A program made the translations under genes and the position numbers. Positions 1-14,942 of a stretch of DNA of 64,000 bases are shown here, piece by piece (the first letter of the stretch is position 1; each line of letters begins with the position of its first letter). Origin of the DNA: the human T2T-CHM13v2.0 reference genome, Homo sapiens; NCBI RefSeq assembly GCF_009914755.1, contig NC_060945.1; one strand, given 5' to 3'. The notes under the pieces are model-generated. The model did no database searches. It saw only the letters and a list, made by a program, of their open reading frames with translations, and was not told where the DNA came from.

Positions 1-118
1 CATCTGGATCTTTTCAGCATTTGCTCCCAATGCCCAGGTAAATCAGGGGCACCTAGGCATCAGTATCTTCTAAAGCTCCCCAGAGGATTCAATGTGCAAC
101 CAAGCAGATAACCACTGC
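1..118. mobile_element. MER5-type hAT-Charlie DNA transposon fragment
   Basis: ggcatcagtat..taaagctccccagaggattcaatgtgcaaccaagc resembles the MER5A/B core. Confidence 0.5.
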
Positions 119-401
119 ACCAAAGAACAGTGGGTACAAGTAAGGCAACTTGGATTTATAATTACCACCTTAGCCCAAAAGGAAGAAAACTGGAGAAGGT
201 AACTTATAATGCCTGGGAATTCTGTTCTCCTTGCATTTTATTTTAATTCAGTGTCTTGTTTCTCTATCTATACAGCACACATTTATTCACATGGATTTTA
301 GTATTTTAACTGTGTTGTACTTAAAGGAAAGCAAACATGCCTTCTGAAGTGATGGTCTTTGAGCCACTAGTCAAGAGATTGGGGCTCTCTAATGAGCCAA
401 G

Positions 402-420
402 ACTCCCATCTAGTGGTAAC
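402..420 (-). promoter_or_regulatory. Possible CTCF motif
   Basis: Minus strand reads TTACCACTAGATGGGAGT, one mismatch from the common CCACTAGATGGCAG CTCF core; motif only. Confidence 0.25.
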
Positions 421-762
421 CACCTCTGAATTGCAAATAGAAGGTTTCTCAACTTTTATTAATGACAAAACTTTTTGGGAAGTGGCTGGTCAATTTCAAT
501 AACTCATTTGCCTAAAACGAAATGCACCTATTTGTCAAAAGACCTTTGCCACTTCCAATCTGTGTGTGTAAATATCCCCGGGATAAATTATTGCTATTTA
601 TTTGAACTTATGAAGGAAAACCAACTTCACTTCACGATTCTGTCAAATAAGTGTGTTTTAGTGAATTCAGAGGTTGTGTGACTGATAAAAGTAAGTGGTT
701 ATTATGAAATAGTTCATACACATCCAAAGTGAAATGACTAATGATAAAACCTTAGAGGATGC

Positions 763-1230
763 TGTGAGGTGAGTGGTGGTCCCTGAAAAAGTATGTCAGC
801 ATCCCAATCCCCAAAATCTGTGAATGTGACCTTATTTGGAAATGGGGTCTTGGTCCATATCATTATTATGTTATGTTAAGAATCTTGAAAACAGATCATC
901 CTGGATTATCCAGGTGGGCCCTAAATCTAACACAAGTGCTTTATAAGAAGCACAGAGAAGAAGAGAAAAAACAGGGAGAAGGAGTCAAAGGCCATATGAA
1001 GACAACAGCAGAGATTGGAATTAATGCAGCCAGAAGCCAAGAGGACATCTGAAACCACCAGAAGCTGAAAGAGGCAAGAAATCTCCACTCGAGCCTTCGG
1101 AGAGAACATGGCCCTACTGACACCTTCATTTCAGACTTCCAGCCTGAAGAACTTTGAGAAAATAATTTTCTGTTGTTTTAAGACATCCACTGTGTGGTAA
1201 TTTGTTACAGCAGACTTAAGAAAGTAGTAT
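763..1230 (+). mobile_element. MLT1 (ERVL-MaLR) solo LTR
   Basis: tgtgaatgtgaccttatttggaaat, gacaccttcatttcagacttccagcc and ggtaatttgttacagcag are MLT1 hallmarks. Confidence 0.8.
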
Positions 1231-2384
1231 GGTTTCCTCTTCCTTTCTTTTCAGTACACTCCTTCAGAAAACAAAAATAGCATATTTGGAAATGACCTAG
1301 GTACCTAAAGTTTTTTTTAATAATATACATATAAATTCATTGCTCTACAATATTATAGGATGGTATTCAATCAACAGCATAAATACTTCACTGTCTACCT
1401 ACAATTTTCAAAGGTATTTTGGATAGCAAACTTTTCATTTCAGAAGTTTTTCACTACAAATACCTTAACTGAAAGACTAATCAACTAAAATTCTTCTTTC
1501 TAAGATAGAACATGAAGCAACAAGAGTTTTGCCTAAATATGGATGAGTGTAATGAGAATAACTCAAATTTCATGTCCAGTTGGGACAGCACAGTCAATTC
1601 AACAGGAATGTTTATGAGTTGTTTATCATGTGAAGTATTTGGAAGGTATGCAAACACTAAAAACAACAATGTCAATACAATTAAATGGAGGCATTCATAA
1701 AACTGTTGTTCAGATCAGCAGGTAATCTTGTAACTGCATATTTGAGAATTTCAAGGAAGGAAATGTACAAATAATCAAAGGCAGAAAATTCCCTTCAGGA
1801 AATGTGGTATCCACATATTGTATGACAAGCTTGCTTTTACTGAATAATGCATGAAGATGTCTGTTTTAAATCGTTCACTGACTACAGAGTTGACAAATAA
1901 CCACTGAAGAACAATGGGACTGGGCACCAGATGCCTTTGTTTCATATCTGACTCTGCGAAGGCTGTTTCTTTCCTAGGGAACTGGGGGTTCTATGTAACA
2001 TGAGACTCAAGCAAAAAGTGTGGATTCTGTGGTATGCTCATGGGATGGTTCCAGTAAATGTGCTGATAGAATTCTGGGGCCCAAGAGTTGACGATGGGTG
2101 CCATTAAAGTCCAGACCTGGTGCCGTAGCACTTTGATGTGTCAAAGGCTTAGGTTCTGCCATTTTTCTGAACAAATATATTCAAATAGAACACTACATAA
2201 AAATGTAAAGGGCCTTGTAGGGTCAAATGAAAGTCTGAGCAGAGAATGAACAATATCCCTATGAGATCAAAGTGCTGTCTTTGTTGAATTAATTCCATTA
2301 TTTTTTGTTCTCATTGTTTTCAAAACAATTAATAGATACACTGAGAAAGAAGGAAAGCAAGAGAGTTACTCTGATAATGATGGC

Positions 2385-2500
2385 TCTCATTTATAAATCC
2401 ATGAAAAGTAATATCAATTTTCTTTCTTAATAGATGAGAAATCTAAAACTAAGAATGGGTGAGGAACTTGCCCCAATATCACAGAGCCAATAACTAAGGT
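2385..2500 (-). mobile_element. MIR fragment
   Basis: tagatgagaaatctaaaactaaga..gaggaacttgccccaatatcacagag is a degenerate antisense MIR core. Confidence 0.5.
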
Positions 2501-2644
2501 GCTTCTCTCCCAGAACCTTTGCTACTTCCTGGCTGATGCCAAAACACTGCCTAATAAGGACCTCAAAAAAAAAATCTTTCTAATGAACTGACCATTGGTC
2601 AAGTGTCTCCCCTCTCCAGTTCCAACAGACTCTGCTGGAGTCAC

Positions 2645-2745
2645 AAACGACAAGGAACCTTGTCTCTTCATCTCTTTATCTGCAATACCTACCATGGTGA
2701 TCATTCATAATAAAGCACTCAACATGTGTTTACTGGGTGAACAGA
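2645..2745 (+). mobile_element. L2 3' end fragment
   Basis: gacaaggaaccttgtctc..gcactcaacatgtgtttactgggtgaa resembles the L2 terminus. Confidence 0.45.
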
Positions 2746-3139
2746 TAAAAGGTACAGAAAAGAGGGAAAGGGCTCAGGAAAAACTACACAGAACATTTCA
2801 GAAGTATTTGCCATTTCCATGTGGAAATGTCAATCATAGATAAATATCCCAATCATGATGATTCATAAAATATATTCAGAGGAGCCCAATGTTCAGGAAA
2901 TGCAAACTATCTGCAGTGTGAATTTGGAGCACAGGTTTGAAAACTTAGAGGCTGATCGAAAAGGAAATTTGGTTTACAATTTTGTAATTATCAGGTATAT
3001 GATAATTAATTATCCTAAAGTGATATTGAAGGCTTGGCCTGAGTCTGATGACAATATTAGAAATCTGAGTGAGAAAATGATCAGCAGTTTGACTGTTTAA
3101 AGGTTTGTTGGTTGTTCCTTACCTTTTAAAACTGAGTCT

Positions 3140-3749
3140 CTAGCCGCTAGCTACTGTGTCCCAGGGGGCCTTGTGCCCTCTACCTCCTGTTTTCTCTGAA
3201 AACAAATGAGATTTTTTATACTGCCTTGACTCTATACAGATTTTCCTGCTCTTAAGAGACAAACAGAAGAGTGATACTTCAAAGCTAGAATAAATGTATT
3301 TTATTTTATTTTATGTTTTCAGACCGAGTCTCACTCTGTCGCCCAGGATGGAGTGCAGTGGCGCTGTCTCAGCTCACAGCAACCTCCGCCACCCGCCCCA
3401 CTCTCTGCGATTCTCCTGCCTCAGCCTCCCGAGTAGCTGGGATTTATAGGTGCCTGCCACTACGTCCGGCTAATTTTTGTATTTTTAGTAGAGACAGGGT
3501 TTCACCATGTTGGCCAGGCTGGTCTAGAACTCCTGACCTCAGGTGATCTGTCTGCCTCAGCCTCCCAAAGCGCTGGGATTACAGGCGTGAGCCACGACAC
3601 CCAGCCAAATAAATGTATTTTAAATCTGGGATATATGTTCCAATTAGCTAGACTCTGAAATTTCAGACTTTAGCTTCAGTCAGAGGCTATTAGAACTATT
3701 CCAAAAAATGCACAGAATTAATAAACTATTGACGGATGAGTAAGAAAAA
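3140..3749 (+). pseudogene. Short polyadenylated retro-insert of unknown source (processed 3'-end fragment or orphan transduction), interrupted by an AluS
   Basis: Exact 12-bp direct repeat aaaactgagtct at 3128-3139 and 3750-3761; TT|AAAA target site; AATAAA at 3720-3725 followed by an A run from 3745. Confidence 0.6.
3304..3606 (-). mobile_element. AluS (Sx/Sz-like)
   Basis: Full Alu dimer; 15-bp TSD aataaatgtatttta at 3289-3303 and 3608-3622. Confidence 0.95.
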
Positions 3750-4058
<309 letters not shown>

Positions 4059-4480
4059 TAACAATTAATATTAAAGGCACTTCAATATAAATTTCAAATT
4101 GTAATTTAAGTTTTTTCCAGGGTCACTATTTTGTATATTTATATTTTTAGTTTATTCTGTTTTGTTGGTAGCACCCAAGTATTCCCTAGGCTGTTGGTTG
4201 TTCCTTCCGACAGTTTCTAGGACAGAAAATGGGTCTTTCTCCCAATAGAGATAAGGAATTGGTAAACTGCCTTGGATGCCAAGATATTCTTGTTTTATGT
4301 ACACTTGGCAGAAGTCATCTACAACCATCTGCAGACTCTAACTCTTCACTGGGGCCCACAGTCATCCCCACTGTTGAATGCACATTGCACTCCTGTTCTG
4401 AAGGAACAAAGGAAGGACAGGAAATGAGTGAACCCAGTGAGGAAAAAGCTTTTAAGATATGTATCAAAAAGAAAAAGGAA

Positions 4481-4826
<346 letters not shown>

Positions 4827-5494
4827 TCAGTATTAAAAGATGGGAAAAAAATAACTTGGGTGACAGCTATTAGGCTGAAATAGGCACAAGATAATAAAAC
4901 CCAACATCATAATAATGAGGAAAACTAGCTTGTGTAAAACAGAAGATGACAGTTGGAAGATTAAAAAGGTACTGCCTGTTGTTGCTAAAAGGTAAAAATA
5001 AGGGGTTCTGTGACATGTGGGTGCAAAAGGAGCTATTGAGAGGCTTAAAGGAGCATTTAGAGCTGATACAGATAATCAAAGTTTCTGTTGATTCCTATCT
5101 GCATGGCTGGACTTACTGATCCCACCAAACATTCTTCCCTCATGCTCCATGAGTTTTCAATCCTTTAACTTCTAACTGGAACACCATGCACCCTGCCTCC
5201 TTTTAGGCTTAGTTTCTGCCAACAGCCAGTCCTGAGGATCCAGGCAAGTGACCCTGTGTTATCTTTCCGCTCTCCCTTCTCTCCTTCGTTCATCAAGCAG
5301 CAACCGCTACTTTCAGTGCTTCTCTGCACACGGAGTATAGACAGGTTCCGAGTATGTGAAGCTCAGCTTGGGGTTTGAGGAGGGTGTTTAAAATCACTAC
5401 CTCCATGCCTCTTGACCACTTCCAGATGAAATTCAAGAACAATCAAAAGATAAACAGAACAGCACTGAACTTTGCAGACATACTTTTTTCGCAT

Positions 5495-5660
5495 GGTAAC
5501 CCTGTGGCCTGGGGCAATTTAATTGATCTCTCTGTGCTCAGTTTACTCATCTGCAAAATGAGCATATAGGCATACCCACCCCATAGAGTTTCTGTGAGAA
5601 TAAAATGAGATACTGTATGTTCAGCAGTCATTCTGTGCTAGACACCATGCTAATAACTGA
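5495..5660 (+). mobile_element. MIR
   Basis: ctctctgtgctcagtttactcatctgcaaaatgag..catagagtttctgtgagaataaaatgag. Confidence 0.7.
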
Positions 5661-6289
5661 ATAAGTAAGCCTGTTTTTTTTTTATTATAATTGTTCTATT
5701 TATCACCCATAAAGTCTGTAACTCTAGAGCCTGAGTGGAAACTAAATAAGGGATGTGTGGCCACTCATTTTTTCCTTTTGATCCCTGTCCTGTGTTCTTT
5801 GGGGGCCTGGACAGGAAAAGAAATGGTAGCACCAGAGCTGTCAATTAATAGAGATGAATAGTAGTCATGGTGGGTGTCATAGTAGGAATTGTGCCACTAG
5901 TAGTAGAAGCTGTAGTAACAGCTAATACAGCTAATACAACTCCTTGGGTTGTGCCAAGGAGTGTGTTAACGACACAAATCTCCATGCATTGCTCATTGCC
6001 ACTACTCTTAAAGCTAGAGATGTGTGCAGCCTTAGGGCAGTTATATCTCCTGCAGCAAAATGCATCCCTATCCCTCATCAGTAATTTGAGATGTCTGTGC
6101 CTTCCTAAGGATCTTTCAGGATACTCTTTCAACCTACTGGAATCCTAATTTGAGTGCTGTCCTAAGAATGTAAACTGACACTGAACTGGTGGTTTTCCAA
6201 CTGCACTGTGCACACAACAGAGATTTCCAAATTCCACAGCACCTCCCTAGGATTGCCAGGGCTGGTGGCATGATCAACAATTTGGGTTC

Positions 6290-6648
6290 TGTATTAGTCC
6301 ATTTTTATGCTGCTGATAAAGACATACCCAAGACTGGGCAATTTACAAAAGAAAGAGGTTTAATGGACTCACAGTTCCACGTGGCTGGGGAGGCCTCACA
6401 ATCATGGAGGAAGGTGAAAGGCATGTCTCACATGGTGGCAAACAAGAGAAGAGAGCTTCTGCAGAGAAACTTCCCTTTTTAAAATCATCAGATCTCATGA
6501 GACTTATTCCCTATCATGAGAACAGCAAAGGAAAAACCCACCCCCATGATTCAATTACCTCCCACTGGGTCCCTCCCACAACATGTAGGAATTGTGGGAG
6601 CTATAATTCAAGATGAGATTTGGGTGGGGACACAGCCAAACCCTATCA
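6290..6648 (-). mobile_element. THE1 (B/C-like) solo LTR
   Basis: tgtattagtcc..gggacacagccaaaccctatca termini; perfect 5-bp TSD ggttc. Confidence 0.92.
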
Positions 6649-7186
6649 GGTTCCAAGACTCAAACCCTCTTCACCCAGAGTGAGTCTGCATTCATCTGTT
6701 TCAACATTGTCCTCTCCTCATCATCTCACTGAGAAAACTTTGTAGACAAAGAGCTCACAGTTTTCAAATGACTGTGAAAGCCAAAGCACTAAACTTGGTT
6801 TCCTCCTATAAAATCACAATTCTAAACCCTCTGAAGGATTTCATCAACCATATTAGTGCTTAACTCCTGAAGGTTTGGAAAGCCCTATGAGATTTTCAAA
6901 AATGTTCCCTATTTTTCCCTATGTGAATACAAAATATTATTTTTAACTTATCCTCTCATTCTTCTATCTGTATCTTTATTTATGCAAAACTATCCATATT
7001 TTTGATCAGGTAAAATGTTTGGCATGCCCAAATTTGGAATCTTCTTTTATGGTTTTGTTTTTTGTGTAGTTCAGTGATGAGAGGACCCAGCTTCAAGCAC
7101 ATAACCAGATACCCATTTTTTATGTCTACAAGTAAGAGCATTTTCCAAGAACACTCAAGTCTGGCAGTATACACTTTGAAACTCAC

Positions 7187-7293
7187 ATTGTAGCTTTGGC
7201 AATCCTGTTTTATGCACGTGATGCTGCAGTTTATGTGCAATCGTGCTTTCCAAGACACGGAAACTCCTCATGGCTGTACCCATCAGTCCAGAC
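7187..7293 (-). other. Candidate 107-nt spliced exon (unknown transcript)
   Basis: Minus strand: ttttgatttcccaaccaacgtag|GTCTGG...CTACAAT|gtgagt in non-repeat sequence. Confidence 0.25.
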
Positions 7294-7663
7294 CTACGTT
7301 GGTTGGGAAATCAAAACACTGTCACCATGACTGAGTTATCTGTCTCTTGCTTCCAAGTGGGCCCCTTTGTTTTAAAGCAGTGGTGCTTAAACACCAGACA
7401 GACTCATCTCATGCTGACGTACATGTGAAATTCTCGCACTACACAATCTTGGATGGCTTCACGTTGTAACAGAAAAACCAACCCAACCACTAAGAAATCC
7501 AGTTAAAACAATGCTTTAATGTAATCTTTTTTTTTTAATGCAGTGGAATTGAGGAAAGGATGTGTAAGCTCTGTGTTCACGACCCTTTCAGATCACACCC
7601 TATGTTTCCCTGCATTTGGCAGGTCCTGATCTGTACCCATTATATTAAAAGTGTAACTGTAAA

Positions 7664-7825
7664 TGCATGTACATATATATGCTTATACACATTATATATA
7701 AATGTATATATATCATATGTATGTTTTATGTGTATAGATGTATCTGTGTGTATGTAAATATATATTGTGCATGTGTATGCCTTTGTGTGTATATATCTGT
7801 AAATCTATATATATGTGTATATGTA
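7664..7825. repeat. Degenerate (TA/TG)n low-complexity repeat
   Basis: Direct reading. Confidence 0.8.
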
Positions 7826-8349
7826 GTGGAGGATTGTGAGACCTCACAAGATTGATAAAGTATCAAACAATGCCTGTATTTTTTAAAAGGAGCTGTTTTT
7901 CAACATATAGAGAAATAATGTCAATTCCTGGATTAATACTCTTTTAGAAAAGGCCAATTTTCATTGATTTCAAGTAGCTCATGTTATTCAGTAACAATCT
8001 CAGCCTTCAAAAGTAGCCAAAAGAAAAGCAGAATAAATGGTCTCCTAAATAAAATGACCTGTGGGGCCCATCATTGACTAAGTAGCCTTTTTACTCATCT
8101 CATACAGCCTCTTCCTAATAAAAATGAAGCAGCATCGTGAGAACAGTAGGGAGAAAGGGTGAACAGACAGAGGTTTACGGGTCAGGACAGAGTACCAGGG
8201 TTAGGACAGATACCAGGAAAGAGGAAAAGAACACACTGTGGAAGAAACAGGGCACCAGCTTCACACTTGTGCCTCAGGCCAGCTTTGTCAAAGTGTCCTG
8301 AGTACATGAGGTATCCTCTAAACATTTATTAACCAAATGCACAGAGAGG

Positions 8350-10010
<1,661 letters not shown>

Positions 10011-10089
10011 CTTAAAAATAAATAAATGAGTCTTATGACTGATCAACAAAGGATTTGGAGTAGATGCTTGTTTATATCATTTATACACT

Positions 10090-10245
10090 AGATCATCTAC
10101 ATAAGTTGTGGGACTCTGAGAAAATTAAAATATGAGGTCTCTTGTTATAAACTTTTTAAGAACTTCAAGATGGCAGCAGCACAGCATTAAACCAATCACT
10201 GGGGCCCTTCTAAGAATGGGTCAGGCACCTGTGAAGTTAGCCCTG
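10090..10245 (-). mobile_element. MER45A-like hAT-Tip100 MITE
   Basis: ctacataa..ttcaagatggcagcagcacagcattaaaccaa..ggggcccttct..gccctg matches the antisense of the recalled MER45A consensus. Confidence 0.65.
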
Positions 10246-11619
10246 GTTGCACACAACTGTACTCATCAGAATATAAAATTCAGAATACTAATGTCATTCC
10301 CAAAGGGAAGCAACTGGCTTCTCAAAAACCCAGGCAGCAGAAGTCTTGGAAAAAATCATTTCCCTCGATTTCACATACACTTCATGTTCTGTTGGTTCCT
10401 AAGCAATTAACCTGAATATATACGGGTGCTGATCCCAAGGGATTAACATACACATCCTAAAACCTCAAGCTTTGGAGACTAACCATCTTCGATCACAAAT
10501 TTGTGATCATGCAAAATAATAGAATCTTAAGAAATGGCCTTTGTATACATAGTCAGTTTTTTGAAATAATAAGTTTTTATTTTACTGCACTCAATTAAAT
10601 TGTGAAACCCAAATAAAGTCTGGAGCCCAATGTGGTCCAATCTCAATCTACTGCTACAGTCAAAGAATCATAGCTTAGCAGCCAGAAAGTACTGAAAGAA
10701 ACTTCCAAGGTTTTCTTTTTCAGCTTCTTAAGAAAATGCCAAAGAAGGAAATATATTCTTAATGCCCAGAAAAACACATTTTAAATTCTCTCTCATCACT
10801 ACCTCTATTAGGCTCCTCCATAAAGCTATTAATAGTAGCTGCTTCCCAAAACTCTCTCCTCCCGTTTACACCCCACCTTCACCCACATAGATTTTCTGTT
10901 CCTTACCTCATTTCTTTCTACCTCTACTACTCTTCCCTCTTCTCACTTATTCAAATGTGAATCATCCATTTCTATTTCTTGGGTACCCCAATTAGAGTAA
11001 TTGTCTGAATTATAAGGGTTGGGTTAGGGGAGGCAGAACTTTAGAGCAATGCCAGAATTGTCTTTCATGGGCAAGAGAAGGGCAACGAGTTATGCATACT
11101 CACAAATAATTTCTGTCCTTGTTACAGTTGCAGTTATCAACACTGTACTGCTAACAGAATTTCTTCCAAAATGACTGTAGCATATTCCTCAGGAAATTCA
11201 TACTGACAATTGTTTTGGAATGAAGAAATGAAGCACAAGTACTCTATCAGTATCTAAAAAATGAAGCCAACATTCTAAATAATCTTGTTCAATTAACATA
11301 TGGTATTTATTAGCTTTATCTCCAAAAGATAAAGGCTATCTTCTTATGAAAAACCTTTTTCCCATCTCTTCTAGAATCAGGAAGTTCAGACAAATTTACT
11401 TGATTTTCTGTGCTGTTCCAACTAGCCCAAGAGTTACTATCTGTGACTTTGGTACTGCTTATGTTTATCTACCATTGCTCCATTACTTCAAAAAATGCAA
11501 AACAAGACTTGAACATTTTGTAATTCAAAATAAAGACAAGAACAGCCAGATTTTCTTTTTAGCTGTCAACAGAAAAATTCCAGCAATCAGTTTGAATATC
11601 TCATATAATTAAATGTTGA

Positions 11620-11775
11620 GGCCGGGCACAGTGGCTCACGCCTGTAATCTCAGCACTTTGGGAGGCTGAGGCAAGAGGATCGTTTGAGCCCAGGAGTTCA
11701 AGACCAGCCTGGGCAACATAGGGAGACCCCATCTCTACAAATAACTTAAAAATAAAATAAAATAATAAATAAATA
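11620..11775 (+). mobile_element. FLAM / free left Alu monomer
   Basis: Single monomer ending ccccatctctacaaa plus an A-rich tail. Confidence 0.9.
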
Positions 11776-12064
11776 CACATTGAAATCATTTTTAAAGGTA
11801 ATACATATGACCCTAAAATGATCTACCCTGTGGTAAAGAGACAATGGCACTTGGTAGGCTGATGGATCATAAACCAAAATCCTATCCAAAAGCTTCATCA
11901 CTCAGAACACTTGATAATCTAACATTAGACGGGCCACATGGCATGTGCACATTTCTTTCATTCCTGCACACACAATATCAAAAGGGCTGGGAAGAAAAGC
12001 AGCATTCATTGAGTGACAATTACACTACATACCCTATTCTAGACACTTTGCATACTGTTTGTAA

Positions 12065-12215
12065 TTCATGTTTCTCAAAGTACCCTGAGAGTTTCTTAAA
12101 TCTACAGAAACCTGGGTTGTCATTAAATATACAGCTTACCAGGCCCCACCCCTGAAAATTCTGATTCAGTTGGGCTAGATTGGGGCCCAGGAATCTGTGT
12201 TTTAACAAAATGTAC
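12065..12215. mobile_element. MER5A
   Basis: ggccccacccctgaaaattctgattcagttgggctagattggggcccaggaatctgtgttttaacaa. Confidence 0.7.
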
Positions 12216-12764
12216 TCTTCATTGCAATGTTGTAAAATTATTTTCCTTGTTTCTGTCTTGCAGAAGCAAGGCAACTGTGAGAATTAAACAATTTATCAGG
12301 GCACCCAGATGACACAGGGAGAGCTGGATATTCAATCTCAAGTAGGTTGGCTATAAAGCCGACTTTATCACTGGGCCATGCCAAATCCCAGTAAAACTCC
12401 ATTTGCACTCTGACTGAAATAGTGGCTTCAGTTCCCCATCTATAGCAGTTCTAGCTTCTCACTGCCTGTTTTCCCTCCCACCACCCGCCCATAAAATCCA
12501 GCACTGTATAGGCTCTTGAATTATATTATTGGTTATTATATGATAAAATTTTGCATTGCAACTTGAGCAGGAAGACAAACTAATGAGAATCACATCCTAT
12601 TTTCTAATTGTCTCAAACCATACCTCTATAAAGTAAAAAGAGTTGATTGAAACCAAAATGTTTGGGAATTACAACAAGCTATTCCTAATCGACACAACTT
12701 GTCAGAAATTTGGAGGCTGCCGTCAGCTCAGTAGCTTCTCAAACAAAGCAGTATCAGAGTATGT

Positions 12765-13022
12765 TTTGAGTCCCTGATTCTTTCAACTGGGTAGATGCTT
12801 CTGTACGACTTTACATTGTTTTATTTAAAAGCTGTGCTTTTTTTTTCTCCGAAACTAGTGTATTTATAGGTGCTACATGCTTTAAAAGTCTCTGACTTTG
12901 AATCCCTGATTCTTTCGGCTGGGTAGATGCTTCTGTACGACTTTACATTGTTTTATTTAAAAGTTCTGCTTTCTTTTCTCTGAAACTAATGTATTTATAG
13001 GTGCTACATGTTTTAAAAGTCT
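12765..13022. repeat. Two-copy tandem duplication, period 132 bp
   Basis: tttga(g/a)tccctgattctttc..ctgggtagatgcttctgtacgactttacattg..tttaaaagtct starts at 12765 and again at 12897. Confidence 0.95.
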
Positions 13023-13577
13023 ACAACTGTGAAAAATGATGTAACACTGAAACAAGCAAAACCTTGAAGGAAAGTTGAAATTGAGATTGTCCAAAAACTC
13101 AGCCAGTACATAGTGTTTCCGCCTACTCTGATTTTTCAGCAGTTTTGTGATTTCTTTTCCCTTGTTTGTTTTTGAGTACACTCATCAGTATGTCCCATGG
13201 CATAGTGTCTGTTTTCCAAAAATCCAGAAACATGAGTCAGCTGTTCAACTATTATATACAAATTTGGTAAAGTACCGTATTCATGGAATCTGAGTGTGTT
13301 TTCCAGGAATTACGTCTCCAGTGCCCCCACATGACTGCCTGATCAGCCTGTGATGCCTCTGAAGTGTTCTGCACCTACTTTCTAAGGGAAATGTTGTCAC
13401 GACAGATAATTATGGAATTGTGGGCTTTTAGTTATTCAGAATAAATCTACAAGGCAATAGTTTAATGAATTTAATATGCTGGTTCATGTAAAATGTCATA
13501 TGCCATATGTAACATGACTGTAACTTAAGGATATTCTTTTAACTCAGTAAACTTGGTAGAAAATCCTTGTATGAACC

Positions 13578-14141
13578 TGATACGGATTAAACTGTGCTCT
13601 CTCAAAAAAAATATGTTGAAATCCTAACCTCCAGTAACTCAGAATGCCACCTTATTTAGAAATAGGGTAATTATAGATGAAATTAGTTAAGATGAGGTCA
13701 TGAATGAATTCTAATCCAATATGACTGGTGGACTTGTAAAAAGGAGGTATTGGGCAGTCCCACAGAGGCTGGACTGCCTGGCTGGTGCATCTTTCCTGGT
13801 CTGCAAAAGACAAGAAAATAAAATTAAAAAGGGAAAATGGGACAGACATAGACATGCAGAGAGAAAAGGTTATGTGAAGAGACATCCAGGGAGAAGATGG
13901 ACGAATGAAAATGGAAGAAGAGATTCAAATTATGCTGCCACGCACCAAAGAATGCCTGGGTTCACCAAAAGCTAGGAAAGGACAAGGAAGGATGCTACCC
14001 AGATGCTTCAGAGTGACCATGGCCTTACTAACCCCTTGATTTCAGACCTCTAGCCTCCATAACTGTGAGACTAAATTTCTGCTGTTCTTAAGCAACTCAG
14101 TTTGTGGCACTTCTTTATGGCAGCTCTAGGAAACAAATATA
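13578..14141 (+). mobile_element. MLT1 (B/C-like) solo LTR with a small internal insert
   Basis: tatgttgaaatcctaacctccagta..ccttatttagaaataggg..gcagctctaggaaacaaatata. Confidence 0.8.
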
Positions 14142-14229
14142 GAGCCCTTGAAGGTACTTTCAGCTGGAAAATGTCAGAGGCAGGCACAACTAAACTGAGG
14201 TTCCTGCTTAAGTGAATTTATTCAGCACA

Positions 14230-14540
14230 GGACTTTAAATGCCATTTATATCATATGACTTCCAAAGGTATTATCTACCATCATTACCACTTCCCGAGCT
14301 CCAGAATCAAATCTGCAACCACCCGATGGGTAGCTTCTCTTGCCTAATAGCATCTGAAAATTAGCACAACCAAAGCAGGACTTTGAATTCATTGCCTGCC
14401 CATACTTCCCCTAGTCTACTGCATCTAAGTAAAGACATCACCATCTACTAAGTTATTTAAAGAAAAACCCGGGAGTCATCCTAATTCCTTCCTGCCTACC
14501 CACCATATCCAATCCATCTGTGTGTCCTCTAAATTCTACG
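14230..14540 (+). mobile_element. L2 fragment
   Basis: gcatctgaaaattagcacaaccaaagcaggact..caccatctacta..ggagtcatcct..atatccaatcca. Confidence 0.6.
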
Positions 14541-14541
14541 T

Positions 14542-14942
14542 CCAGGTCAGTTTCCTGGGAGACACATTCTGAGGTGGAGATTAGCATGCAGAATTGTTAT
14601 CAGGGATTGCCCTCAGAATCAACATCCACAGACAGAGGGAGAAGCTGAACTGCAATGCAGTCACCATAGGGACCTCAGTTCATCCTACAAAGAACTCTGG
14701 AGCTGTGAGGGCCCCTATCTTGAGTCATCTTTACCCCCACTCCACTGACCAGTTAGTGAGTGCAGGTCATCCCTGATAAGGGAATGTGGCCTTGGCTGAC
14801 ATGGTTCTTTTTGGCAGAGAGCAATTCCTGGAGAGAGTCCTTAGTGGAGAGCCATCAGCCTCCAAATTTTTCAACAGCTAAGGTAATAAGTACCTTGGTT
14901 CAGAAAAAAGATCTGGATGGCATACCACAGCATCTGCTATAC
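14542..14942. mobile_element. Old ERVL LTR (LTR16/LTR33-like)
   Basis: ttctgaggtggagattagcatgcagaa..gaactctggagctg..gatctggatggcataccacagcatc. Confidence 0.5.

Noticed and set aside
4169-4191. 5S rRNA pseudogene call
   Set aside because: Only ~21 nt of similarity, needing two gaps and two mismatches; too weak to annotate as a feature.
10491-10508. Perfect 18-bp palindrome gatcacaaatttgtgatc
   Set aside because: A 9-bp arm in AT-rich DNA is close to chance expectation for a 64-kb window, and there is no supporting context.
11130-11202. Protein-like minus-strand peptide YEFPEEYATVILEEILLAVQC
   Set aside because: Weak acceptor, no convincing donor, ends in a stop and has no recognised homolog.
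12240-12345. Strong plus-strand acceptor (ttttccttgtttctgtcttgcag)
   Set aside because: No convincing matching donor; such sites are frequent by chance in AT-rich DNA.
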